Notes: a model not told the origin generated them from the sequence alone. DNA of 64,000 nucleotides from Candidatus Niyogibacteria bacterium (GCA_016432485.1 CP066691.1:587538-651537); one strand, 5' to 3'. Counted from the stretch's first letter, positions 29,300-38,779 are shown. Made by a program: numbers and translations.

Positions 29300-29983
29300 G
29301 TGATGGACGGCGTGACATTTCGTACAAAATACGATATCCGTGCCCACACAATCGAATTTACCGAACATTACGTTGCTCTTTACAAATTTGGTGTAAATCC
29401 AATTCCAGAAAACTGGAACAGAAGCGAAGCGGATGTCGCGATACGCTATTTTTTGGATCTCGAACTTAATCCCAGCGATTTCAACGATAATGATGTAATT
29501 GATATTGGATGCGGTCCAGGGTTCTTCAAGAAAACTATCTTGCGAATTGGCTCTCCAAAAACGTATATTAATCTGGATATCAATCCCTTTTTAGAAAATC
29601 TCGATATTATAGCTGATGCGGCGCGTATGCCGTTTAAGGACAATAGTTTTGACTTGGTCCTTTCTTTTGGTTCAATTGCTGGCGTACGTTGGAATGATTT
29701 TCAGACACGCAGTTATCTTTGCGTAAACCCTCTCGATTCCCTCTGGGAAGTCGCGCGAATACTTCGAAGCGGCGGAGTTGCAAAAATTGGACCCATTTCG
29801 TTGCTTCGTTCTTGTTGGAAAAACGAAAATGATGGTGTTAAGTATGAATCCGTGAGGCATGAATTTTTTAATTTCGCTACGTTATTGAAAGAAAAGTTCC
29901 CTTGCTTAGAAATTGAATTTTACAGGATTATTGATAGTGGAACCGGCCGGTTTGATGAATGGATGACGTTTCGGAAACAATAA
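29300..29983 (+). CDS. Class I SAM-dependent methyltransferase
   Basis: VIDIGCGPG, MPFKDNSFDLV. Confidence 0.85.
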   Translation: MMDGVTFRTKYDIRAHTIEFTEHYVALYKFGVNPIPENWNRSEADVAIRYFLDLELNPSDFNDNDVIDIGCGPGFFKKTILRIGSPKTYINLDINPFLENLDIIADAARMPFKDNSFDLVLSFGSIAGVRWNDFQTRSYLCVNPLDSLWEVARILRSGGVAKIGPISLLRSCWKNENDGVKYESVRHEFFNFATLLKEKFPCLEIEFYRIIDSGTGRFDEWMTFRKQ

Positions 29984-30086
29984 AAACCAATATTGACCAC
30001 ATAGGAATTAAGTTTCCATGTGGTTTTTGTTTTTCTATCAGTATCTGGCAACTTTCTAGAGCGCGACTAGCGCCTTCAGAGAGGTT

Positions 30087-30156
30087 CTCCTTCTTCGCTA
30101 AAGCTTCGAAGGACGCAGTAACACTTGCCCGCCGTAGCCTTGGCGAAGGCGGGTCG
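30087..30156. repeat. REP-like palindromic elements
   Basis: cccgccgtagccttggcgaaggcggg; related copy at 41324-41349. Confidence 0.6.
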
Positions 30157-30257
30157 TCTATAAAGTGCACCACTTCGCCCACTCCGCGCGCAGCGCTTAA
30201 ATGAAAATCTACGGCGCAAGTGTGGTAATGAAAACATTGCTGTGTTATACAAATTAA

Positions 30258-31361
30258 ATGGTAATACTGGGCATTGAAACATCTTGCGATGAAACCGGCG
30301 CCGCGCTGGTTGAGGCGAGCGGGGGTTTAAAAAACACCCGTTTTCGCGTTTTGAAAAATCTGGTCGCTTCGCAAATAAAAATCCACGCGCCTTACGGCGG
30401 CGTCGTTCCCAATTTAGCCAGGCGCGAACACGAAAAAAATTTACCAATTTTATTTAGACAAATTTTTGGAAATTCCAAATCACAAATTACAAAACATAAA
30501 CAAATTCCAAATTCCCAATTTCACATTTCAAACTTTGACGCCATCGCCGTTACGACCGGACCGGGGCTTGAACCGTGCTTGTGGCGGGGGATTACTTTTG
30601 CGCAAGAGCTTGCAGAAAAACATAATAAGCCGATTATCGCTATGAACCATATGGAGGGGCACATTGCCTCCGTTTTACTGCCGCAAAATGGAGGGATTTC
30701 TAAATCCGAATTTCTAATTTCTAAACAAATTGAATTTCCTGCTTTAGCTCTTTTGGTTTCCGGAGGGCACACCGAATTGGTCTTAATAAAAAATTGGCTG
30801 AATTACAAAATCATCGGCGAAACTTTGGATGATGCCGTTGGCGAGGCTTTTGATAAAGTCGCGCGCCTGCTTGGCCTTCCCTACCCCGGAGGCCCGGCTT
30901 TATCCGCTTTAGCCGACAAAAAAACTAAACACTCGGTGTCTAGTAAAATTAGTTTGCCGAGGCCGATGATAAACTCAAAAGACCTGAATTTCAGTTTTTC
31001 GGGGCTCAAAACCGCGGTTTTATACGCGCTTCGTGATAATCCGAAAACAAATAAAGCCGCCCTGGCTAAAGAATTCCAAAACGCCGCAGTTGATGTCTTG
31101 GTTTCAAAAACCATGCAAGCGGTAGAAATTCATAAGCCAAAAACTTTAATCGTTGCCGGCGGAGTCGCTGCCAATAAACATCTGCAAAAAGCAATCAAAA
31201 GGGCTATGGAAAAACTCTCTAGCTCCCAGACCCTATTCCCCAGCCCCCAATTTGTTGGTGATAACGCCGCAATGATTGCGGCCGCCGGATATTTCCATGC
31301 GTTTAAGAAAAATTTTACGAAGCCCTCAAAACTGAAGGCTGCGGGCCGCCTGCGCCTTTAG
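30258..31361 (+). CDS. tsaD: tRNA N6-threonylcarbamoyltransferase TsaD
   Basis: LGIETSCDET, HMEGH, SGGHT, DDAVGEAFDK, DNAAMI. Confidence 0.96.
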   Translation: MVILGIETSCDETGAALVEASGGLKNTRFRVLKNLVASQIKIHAPYGGVVPNLARREHEKNLPILFRQIFGNSKSQITKHKQIPNSQFHISNFDAIAVTTGPGLEPCLWRGITFAQELAEKHNKPIIAMNHMEGHIASVLLPQNGGISKSEFLISKQIEFPALALLVSGGHTELVLIKNWLNYKIIGETLDDAVGEAFDKVARLLGLPYPGGPALSALADKKTKHSVSSKISLPRPMINSKDLNFSFSGLKTAVLYALRDNPKTNKAALAKEFQNAAVDVLVSKTMQAVEIHKPKTLIVAGGVAANKHLQKAIKRAMEKLSSSQTLFPSPQFVGDNAAMIAAAGYFHAFKKNFTKPSKLKAAGRLRL

Positions 31362-31393
31362 TTTCAGAGAAATAAATAATAAAATAGATTCAT

Positions 31394-33625
31394 ATGGCGT
31401 TGGATTTTTCAAAACCCTATAACCCCAAGGGCGTGGAGGAAAGAGTTTATAAACGCTGGGAAGACAGCGGTTATTTTAATCCGGATAAACTTCCCCCTCG
31501 ACTACGTTCGGGACAAGCCGGGAAAAGAACAAAAACTTTTTCTATTAGTATGGCGCCGCCGAATATCACTGGCTCGCTTCATATGGGGCACGCTCTTGAG
31601 TACGCGTTGTCGGACATTTTGGTTCGTTTTAAACGAATGTCGGCCCATAAAACCCTTTGGCTTCCTGGCGTAGACCACGCCGGAATTGCTGCTCAAAATG
31701 TCGTTGAAAAAGATTTGAAAAAAAGGGGATTGACCCGTCATCAGCTTGGCCGAGAAGAATTTTTAAAACAAATATGGCAGTGGAAAGAAAAATACGGTCA
31801 CATAATCATTGGCCAGCTTAAAAGTCTGGGGGTTTCGGCTGATTGGTCGCGGCTTCGTTTTACCATGGATGAAGAATATCAAGCGGCAGTGGCTGAGGCC
31901 TTCATCCGCTATTTTAAAAAAGATTGGATTTATCGAGGCGAACGCGTCATAAATTGGTGTCCAAAGTGCCAAACCAGCCTTTCTGATTTGGAACTAGAAT
32001 ATGAAGAAGAAAAAGGAAATTTGTGGTTTATAAAATACCCGCTAATAAATCTAAATGATAAAATTTCAATTTCAAATTATATCGTTGTTGCAACTACCCG
32101 GCCGGAAACAATGCTCGGCGATTCGGCCGTGGCGGTTAATCCCAGGGATGCGAGGTATAAAAGCATTATCGGACAAAAAGTTTTACTGCCTATCAAAAAC
32201 AGAGAGATTCCCGTGATTAGCGACAAGCGAATTGAGCAGGATTTCGGCACGGGTGCCGTAAAAATAACGCCGGCTCACGATCTTTTGGACGCTGAGATTG
32301 GCCGAGACCATAAATTGCCTGTTTATAAAGTTATAGGCGAGGACGGCAAGATGACTTTTGAAGCCGGTTCAATTTGTTCCGGATTGAAAACAGATGAATG
32401 TCGGCAAAAAGTTGTTGACACGCTTGAACATGAAAGTTTGATTGAAAAAATAGAAGAGTTTGCGCACAACATAGCCCGGTGTTATCGCTGCCGAAGCGTT
32501 ATTGAGCCGATGCCCTCAATGCAGTGGTTTTTGAAAATGGGTGGCTTGGCCAAACTCGCGCGCTTAGCGGTAAAAAGCGGCCAAGTAAAATTTTATCCGA
32601 AAAGATTTGAAAAAACCTATTTTGACTGGCTAAAAAATATTAGGGATTGGACCATATCGCGCCAAATCTGGTGGGGGCACCGCCTGCCCGTTTGGGAACA
32701 CGACAAGATATGCGTTCCAAAACCGGGGAGTGAAAAAGATATTGAGAAATGCGTTGAATTTGTGATTGCCAAAAAAGAGCCGAAATGCCAATACTGCGAT
32801 GCCGGCTATAAGCAGGTTGCTGACGTGCTTGATACTTGGTTTTCTTCGGCCCTTTGGCCCTTCGCGACTCTGGGCTGGCCCAAGCCGACAAAAGATTTAA
32901 AAACGTTTTATCCGACAGACGCTTTAACAAATGATCGCGGCATTATTAATCTTTGGGACGCGCGTATGATTTTTTCCGGCCTGGAATTCATGAAAAAATC
33001 CCCGTTTCGAGACCTTGTGATTCACGCTACGGTTTTGACTAAAGAAGGCAAACGTATGTCGAAATCCTTGGGCACCGGTATTGACCCGATAAATTTGATT
33101 GAACAATACGGCGCCGATGCCGTGCGTTTCGCTTTAGTCTGGCAGGCTATGGGCGGGCAGGACATTCGCTGGTCCGAAGAAGCGCTGGTTGCCGGAAAAA
33201 AATTTTTGAATAAAATATGGAACGCGACCCGCTTCGTTCTGGAACGAAGCGGGTCGCCCGGTCGGATGACCGGACAAACTTCGCGAATAACATCCAAAAC
33301 CGACGCCGACAAAAAAATTCTCACATCTCTAAAAAAAATAACCGCGAACACATCTAAAAAAATAGATAAATACGAATTCGGTTCAGCCCTTCACGACATT
33401 TACGAATTTTTTTGGCACGATTTCTGCGATATATATCTTGAAGCGTCTAAAAAACAAATGGACGACACAATCCCTCAAGATAACACGGCGCGTATTTTAA
33501 GTTATGTTCTTGAAACTTCTTTAAAGCTCTTGCATCCGTTTCTGCCTTACATAACCGAAGAGATATGGTCGGCTCCGCAATTTAAGAAAAAAGACCTTTT
33601 AATGGTTGAAGCATGGCCCAGGTAA
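31394..33625 (+). CDS. valS: Valine--tRNA ligase
   Basis: PPNITGSLHMGHA, ATTRPET, ISRQIWWGH, DTWFSS, RMSKS. Confidence 0.96.
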   Translation: MALDFSKPYNPKGVEERVYKRWEDSGYFNPDKLPPRLRSGQAGKRTKTFSISMAPPNITGSLHMGHALEYALSDILVRFKRMSAHKTLWLPGVDHAGIAAQNVVEKDLKKRGLTRHQLGREEFLKQIWQWKEKYGHIIIGQLKSLGVSADWSRLRFTMDEEYQAAVAEAFIRYFKKDWIYRGERVINWCPKCQTSLSDLELEYEEEKGNLWFIKYPLINLNDKISISNYIVVATTRPETMLGDSAVAVNPRDARYKSIIGQKVLLPIKNREIPVISDKRIEQDFGTGAVKITPAHDLLDAEIGRDHKLPVYKVIGEDGKMTFEAGSICSGLKTDECRQKVVDTLEHESLIEKIEEFAHNIARCYRCRSVIEPMPSMQWFLKMGGLAKLARLAVKSGQVKFYPKRFEKTYFDWLKNIRDWTISRQIWWGHRLPVWEHDKICVPKPGSEKDIEKCVEFVIAKKEPKCQYCDAGYKQVADVLDTWFSSALWPFATLGWPKPTKDLKTFYPTDALTNDRGIINLWDARMIFSGLEFMKKSPFRDLVIHATVLTKEGKRMSKSLGTGIDPINLIEQYGADAVRFALVWQAMGGQDIRWSEEALVAGKKFLNKIWNATRFVLERSGSPGRMTGQTSRITSKTDADKKILTSLKKITANTSKKIDKYEFGSALHDIYEFFWHDFCDIYLEASKKQMDDTIPQDNTARILSYVLETSLKLLHPFLPYITEEIWSAPQFKKKDLLMVEAWPR

Positions 33626-34326
33626 TTGCTAATCCTTTAGCCGGTTTATCGGCCGCGGTGGGCGGTTTGGTCACTTCTTTGATTTGGCTTTGGTTTTGGC
33701 TGCGTGAAGACCCTCATCCCGAACCGAGGAAAGCAATTTTTTTAGCCTTTGGCGCCGGAGCCGCGGCGGTTTTTGCCGCCCTGCTTTTGGAAGAATTAAG
33801 TTATTATTGGGGTTTGGATTTGGGATTATGGCCGATCGGCAAGCCGTCTTTGAAGCTTTTTTTGGTTTGGGCGGCCATCGAAGAACTGCTTAAATATTCC
33901 GCGGCTTACTGGGCGGCTTTGCGTAAAGATGTTTTTGATGAGCCGGTTGACGCGCCCATTTATCTTATCACCGCCGCTTTAGGATTCGCGGCTCTTGAGA
34001 ATATTTTGATGCTTTTCGGAATTTTTCGGGGCGAAATCGCAAGCGGTTTGGCTGCAGCCCACCTTCGTTTTGTTGGAGCAACGCTTTTGCATGTTTTGGC
34101 TTCCTCCATCGTCGGTTTATCCATTGCTTACGATTTTTTCCACAAGCATCATAGGTGGCGAAACGCTCTTGGCGGTCTGGTTTTGGCCACTTTGTTGCAC
34201 GCCGTCTTTAATTTTTTTATACTGAAAGGAGGAGCTGAAGGAATGATTTATGTTTTTTCAGTGGTATGGCTCGGAATAATAATTTTGATATTGTCTTTCG
34301 AGAAAGTTAAAAAAGAAAGACCCTGA
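33613..34326 (+). CDS. prsW: PrsW-family intramembrane metalloprotease
   Basis: EELLK, GFAALEN, H..., HAVFN. Confidence 0.88.
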   Translation: MAQVIANPLAGLSAAVGGLVTSLIWLWFWLREDPHPEPRKAIFLAFGAGAAAVFAALLLEELSYYWGLDLGLWPIGKPSLKLFLVWAAIEELLKYSAAYWAALRKDVFDEPVDAPIYLITAALGFAALENILMLFGIFRGEIASGLAAAHLRFVGATLLHVLASSIVGLSIAYDFFHKHHRWRNALGGLVLATLLHAVFNFFILKGGAEGMIYVFSVVWLGIIILILSFEKVKKERP

Positions 34327-34355
34327 TTTATTAAATAAACCAAAGAAAACACAAT

Positions 34356-34811
34356 ATGCCAAAAGACAGGCGATCGTTTTTAGAAAGACTGACCGGCTCT
34401 TTGCCGGCCTCGGAGGAGGAAAAGACTTTTCATTTTAAGGGTGAGGGCGGCGAGAAAGCTCCGTTGCCACAGGCAAACGATGAGGGCCAGCTTTTGGTTG
34501 ATGTTTATCAAACGCCCGAAGACGTGGTGATACAGTCGGTTGTTTCCGGTGTTAAGCCCGATGAACTGGACGTCGCCATCACTCAAGAGATGGTTACTAT
34601 CCGCGGCAAGCGCGAAAAAAGCCATCATGTTTCTGACGACAATTATTTTTATCAGGAACTTTATTGGGGATCGTTCAGTCGTTCAATTCTTTTGCCGCAG
34701 GAAGTTGACGTTGAAGCGTCGGAAGCGACTCTCAAAAACGGCTTGCTTACGGTAAGATTGCCGAAACTGGATAAAGCCAAAATTCAGAAATTAAAAATAA
34801 AACAGGAGTAA
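34356..34811 (+). CDS. Hsp20/alpha-crystallin protein
   Basis: FSRSILLP, LKNGLLTVRLPK. Confidence 0.92.
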   Translation: MPKDRRSFLERLTGSLPASEEEKTFHFKGEGGEKAPLPQANDEGQLLVDVYQTPEDVVIQSVVSGVKPDELDVAITQEMVTIRGKREKSHHVSDDNYFYQELYWGSFSRSILLPQEVDVEASEATLKNGLLTVRLPKLDKAKIQKLKIKQE

Positions 34812-34978
34812 AAACACACCATAACAAAAAATTTAAGACCAGCAACAATTGCAATCGTCGGTTTGATTTTCTTTCCCCCAATCGAAACCGCCAATTCGTT
34901 TTTGCCCCCAAAATGCCGTACAAAATAATCGCCGAGCGAAGCGAGGCGAACCGAAATCGCTTGCAAATTCCTTACTGA

Positions 34979-35051
34979 TGCCTGGGGAGGGAATCGAACC
35001 CCCGACGCCTGCCTCTTCAGGGCAGCGCTCTAACCACTGAGCTACCCAGGC
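34979..35051 (-). tRNA. tRNA-Phe(GAA)
   Basis: ctgcc-ctgaaga-ggcag. Confidence 0.95.
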
Positions 35052-35724
35052 TTCTTGGTTTTTGCAGATATCTTAAACCAAAAAATTTGTCTTTTTCCAG
35101 AGCACTTTTGATTTTATAGTATTTTCTGTTTAAAAACAAGACATCTTTAGAACGATACATTACAAAGAAAAGTTTTTTAGAATCTCCCTTTGTGTATTCT
35201 AAATTCATGACCCCTTTTCCTTTGTGAAAAAAACCGCTTACACCATAAAACCTTACCAGACTGTCTTTAAGCCATTCTAAAAATGGTAAACTCGCAGAAG
35301 CAAAGGACAATCTAAATCCAAAACTATTTGGCCATCTTTTATCCCAAAATGTATAAAATGAACCGTCTCCATCAAACAATCCTCTGACAAAGTCGGCGAA
35401 GAATTTTTTGGGCACGTTAACTTTTTTAATAGATTTTGATTTTGTCTGTGTAAGACCGATTTCATTTAAAAATTTATAAAACACTATATCACCAAAAGTT
35501 ATCTGAAAATACCTTTTTTCGGAAACACCCCCGCGCCCACCTTTTCCTATTTTGTTTTTGATGTTGAGTGCTATTTTAAATTTTTCTACCAATTCTTTAT
35601 CTGCCGATTTTAAAAATATGTGTCTTTTATCACGAGACAAACACCCATCGGAGGTTATAACACCAATTGCATATGCAAAGTTTGACGACCATTCTATTTT
35701 TACTTTTTGCTGTGGCAGACCCAC
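35017..35724 (-). CDS. Free-standing double-motif LAGLIDADG endonuclease
   Basis: AYAIGVITSDG and DFVRGLFDGDG; stop codon lies in the tRNA-Phe anticodon loop. Confidence 0.85.
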   Translation of the reverse strand: MGLPQQKVKIEWSSNFAYAIGVITSDGCLSRDKRHIFLKSADKELVEKFKIALNIKNKIGKGGRGGVSEKRYFQITFGDIVFYKFLNEIGLTQTKSKSIKKVNVPKKFFADFVRGLFDGDGSFYTFWDKRWPNSFGFRLSFASASLPFLEWLKDSLVRFYGVSGFFHKGKGVMNLEYTKGDSKKLFFVMYRSKDVLFLNRKYYKIKSALEKDKFFGLRYLQKPRSLGSSVVRALP

Positions 35725-35807
35725 TAAATCAATTTTACTATATTTTTAAGTTTACTACCACCGAGCTAAAATAAAAAGAAAACCCCGCTGATAGCGAGGT
35801 CTGTTTT

Positions 35808-35957
35808 TTATTTACGCAGTAAGAACAAAAAGGTTAGGGCGGAGGAAAGCGCTAGAACAAAAAATGTCAACTCCCACACTTTATTGACCGAAAAAATATG
35901 AAAAGAATAAAAGAGTGCCCCAAAGACAACCGTAAGCTTGCCGGCCCAAAAAAGCAT
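35808..35957 (-). CDS. Small membrane protein
   Basis: GGAGG RBS, 49 aa, two hydrophobic helices. Confidence 0.45.
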   Translation of the reverse strand: MLFWAGKLTVVFGALFYSFHIFSVNKVWELTFFVLALSSALTFLFLLRK

Positions 35958-36094
35958 TGCTCGTTCCTCCATCATAAAAGAATATCCAAGGTTATTATGC
36001 GTTAAGAGGCGGACAAGTTGCAAACCCGTCCTATGCAATTTATAATTGTAGTGGTTTTTGATAATGAACTTTGAACAGAGCCGGAGGAATCAGC

Positions 36095-37396
36095 GTGCCC
36101 CGCAAAAAACATCAGCCCAAATTGTCCGCTTTAGACCCCGATAGTTTAATGACGAGTTATGATTTTCTGCCCGAATTATCAGAGGGCGCCGTAAAACCGC
36201 CCGTTTTTCTCACTTCAACATTTGCTTTCAAAGGCGCGGGAGAACTAGCTGCTTTAATTCAAACCGCCCATGACAATCGTGGCGGAAAATCCAACGAAGC
36301 ATTGCCGTTAATTTACAGCCGTATTAATCATCCGAACGCCGAGATATTTGAAAAACGTTTTTCTTTATGGAACGGCTCGGAAGAGGCGGCGGTTTTTGCC
36401 AGCGGTATGGCCGCTATCGCTACCACCTCTTTTGCTTTTTTGCGTCCGGGAGATATTTTACTGCACAGTTCTCCTTTATACGGCGGCACAGAGGATTTTT
36501 TTGCGCGGGAGTTAAGAACTTTTGGCATTAAGACTGCGTCCTTTTCGGCGGAAAGCGATTATTCTGAAATAAAAAAAATCGCAAAAAGAGCTTGTCGTCG
36601 CGGGCCCTTGAGAATGATTTTCGTTGAAGCCGCGGCTAATCCCACCAATGTTCTGGCAGACATTGAGGCCTGCGCGGAAATCGCCGAAGAATTTTCTTCC
36701 GGAAAGCGAAAAGCTATCACCGTCGTTGATAACACCTTTCTCGGTCCGCTTTGGCTCAATCCCTTCAAACACGGCGCCGACTTGGCCTTATACTCGGCTA
36801 CTAAATATATTGGCGGGCACAGCGATCTTCTGGCTGGTGTTGTTGAAGGAAAAGCCAAAATGATTTCGCGGTTAAAGAGCGCGCGTACGCGTTTCGGCAA
36901 CATTGCCGGAGCGTTTACTTGCTGGCTTTTGACCAGAAGCTTGGAAACATTGAAATTACGAATGACCGCGCAGGTGAAAAACGCAAGGCGCGTTGCCGAT
37001 TTCTTGCGCGATGACCGGAGAGTGGAAAAAGTTTACTATCCGGAATTTTTTGAAGAAGACAGTAATCAAAACAGGCTCTATGAAAAACAGTGTTCGGCGC
37101 CAGGCGCAGTGGTTTCTTTTGATATCAAGGGCGGTCGAAAAACGGCCTTTAGATTTCTTGACGCCCTCAAGTTCTTTAAGTTGGCCGTAAGTCTGGGCAG
37201 TACCGAGCCGCTGGCCGAACATCCGGCCACGACAACACACTATGGTATTCCTCGCGAAAAAAGAATCCGCCTGGGAATTACTGATAAAATGATCCGTTTG
37301 TCCATTGGTCTCGGTTCTCCGTATGATTATATTTTTGATTTAAAACAAGCGTTAGACGAAGCGGTTCGCGATCGCCGCGCGCGACAGCTTCGTTGA
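36095..37396 (+). CDS. Cys/Met metabolism PLP enzyme (methionine gamma-lyase/cystathionine gamma-synthase family)
   Basis: YSRINHP, ASGMAA, VDNTF, SATKYIGGHSD. Confidence 0.9.
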   Translation: MPRKKHQPKLSALDPDSLMTSYDFLPELSEGAVKPPVFLTSTFAFKGAGELAALIQTAHDNRGGKSNEALPLIYSRINHPNAEIFEKRFSLWNGSEEAAVFASGMAAIATTSFAFLRPGDILLHSSPLYGGTEDFFARELRTFGIKTASFSAESDYSEIKKIAKRACRRGPLRMIFVEAAANPTNVLADIEACAEIAEEFSSGKRKAITVVDNTFLGPLWLNPFKHGADLALYSATKYIGGHSDLLAGVVEGKAKMISRLKSARTRFGNIAGAFTCWLLTRSLETLKLRMTAQVKNARRVADFLRDDRRVEKVYYPEFFEEDSNQNRLYEKQCSAPGAVVSFDIKGGRKTAFRFLDALKFFKLAVSLGSTEPLAEHPATTTHYGIPREKRIRLGITDKMIRLSIGLGSPYDYIFDLKQALDEAVRDRRARQLR

Positions 37397-37457
37397 AGAG
37401 CTTTAAAAAGCCCGTTCAGGGAAAATGAACGGGCTTTTGCGATGGAATTTTTTATCT

Positions 37458-37532
37458 TGGTGGGCGACGTAGGGATTGAACCTACAGCCTTCTCGGTGTA
37501 AACGAGACGCTCTGCCATTGAGCTAGTCGCCC
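37458..37532 (-). tRNA. tRNA-Val(TAC)
   Basis: tctcg-tttacac-cgaga; encoded CCA. Confidence 0.95.
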
Positions 37533-37547
37533 ATTATTTTTTTAAAG

Positions 37548-37631
37548 TGGGCGGGGGGAGATTTGAACTCCCATGATCTTGCGATCGCTGGCTCCTAAAG
37601 CCAGTGCGTCTGCCGGTTCCGCCACCCGCCC
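37548..37631 (-). tRNA. tRNA-Leu(TAG)
   Basis: ctggc-tttagga-gccag; long variable arm. Confidence 0.95.
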
Positions 37632-37670
37632 GAAACTAAAAAAATTTTACCGCACTTCAGCATTTCATTC

Positions 37671-37785
37671 CATGTGCCCGGGGTGGGAGTTCTCCTTGTT
37701 CGCCCCGCAACAGCGGAAGTCGGAGCCGCGGCTGCCACAGGCAGCCGTTCAAATCCCACCCCGCGCCATTTCGCTTCGCTTCATG
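37671..37785 (-). mobile_element. tRNA-Leu 3'-end mini-element with direct and inverted tRNA-end copies
   Basis: 37671-37688 resembles 37782-37799; opposite-strand gttcaaatcccaccccgcgcca at 37747-37768. Confidence 0.7.
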
Positions 37786-37868
37786 TGCCGAGAGTGGGAT
37801 TCGGACCCACATGCCCTTTCGGGCACATCATTTTAAGTGATGCGCGTATACCATTCCGCCACCTCGGC
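37786..37868 (-). tRNA. tRNA-Leu(TAA)
   Basis: catca-cttaaaa-tgatg; T-loop reads TCCGAAT (C at position 55). Confidence 0.88.
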
Positions 37869-38345
37869 TTATTTCTTAAGTCGTCTTCGTCCTCTGTACG
37901 ACGATTTAAGACTATGACAATTAGGACACAATATTTCTAGATTCTCTATTCTGTTATCGTGCCGGTTGCCATTAATATGGTGTAGTTCTAAGGGCAGATA
38001 TCCGTCTATGGTTTTTCTTGCCCATTTACACCTTTCGCAGTGTTTAGGTTTAAGGTTTGCTGAAAAAAGACGGTTTTTTAATTTATAACTTTGAAAATAA
38101 CTTTCTGCAATAAGGATTTTTTCAAGAGGGATTATGGGTTTTCCAATACCTCGCAACCCCGCATTCCACCCTCGTCCTTTGAAATGGCTGACGTCAAGAT
38201 TCAGTTCTCTTATATACTTTTTTAGTTGGTCGTAATTTCCGCCGGCTTCACGAAGCTCCAGTTTGGTCAAAACTTGTCTGTAGCTGAATGAATTTTTGAC
38301 AGACCTCTTTAGCTGATCTGTCGTCCATTTTCTTTTCCTACTCAT
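37869..38345 (-). CDS. HNH endonuclease
   Basis: CERC...LELHHINGNRHDNRIENLEILCPNCH; stop abuts the tRNA-Leu 5' end. Confidence 0.9.
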   Translation of the reverse strand: MSRKRKWTTDQLKRSVKNSFSYRQVLTKLELREAGGNYDQLKKYIRELNLDVSHFKGRGWNAGLRGIGKPIIPLEKILIAESYFQSYKLKNRLFSANLKPKHCERCKWARKTIDGYLPLELHHINGNRHDNRIENLEILCPNCHSLKSSYRGRRRLKK

Positions 38346-38551
38346 ATATATAATTGATATTTTATCACGAAATGGAAAACGCATCAATACTTAAGTACTT
38401 ACGCGTCTACCATTATAGTTACATATGAAATTTAAAAAGAACTTGGAGTATATTTACAACAAAGCTCGAACTCATTTTATCAAAAATTTTCAGAAAAAAC
38501 AACGCCCCGTCGCCCACCAATTCGTCGGTCAAAAATCGGAAAGTCTAATTG

Positions 38552-38693
38552 TGGAGGCCCGGGCGGGAATCGTCCAGCCCTTTTGGAGGCGCGAGAGGGA
38601 TTCGAACCCTCGCATAGCGGTTTTGCAGACCGCCGCGTTACCTCTTCGCCATCGCGCCGTCAAAAGGGCTGGATTGCAGATCCTTGCCTTTCC
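38552..38693 (-). pseudogene. Split ancestral tRNA-Cys (5' piece 38674-38693, 3' piece 38552-38572) enclosing a new tRNA-Cys
   Basis: ggaaaggcaaggatctgcaa ... cgattcccgcccgggcctcca (U73-CCA). Confidence 0.8.
38584..38658 (-). tRNA. tRNA-Cys(GCA)
   Basis: gcggt-ctgcaaa-accgc; U73 and CCA. Confidence 0.95.
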
Positions 38694-38779
38694 GGGGAAC
38701 TCTTTAATATCATTTATTATTGTATGAGTTCCCGTCAAAAGCTATTTAAACGCTTTTGACCCTCTTGGTTACCAGGCCG

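Noticed and set aside
35017-38414. Group I introns in tRNA-Phe or tRNA-Leu
   Set aside because: The downstream tRNAs are complete and there is no room or motif for a P3-P7 core around the ORFs.
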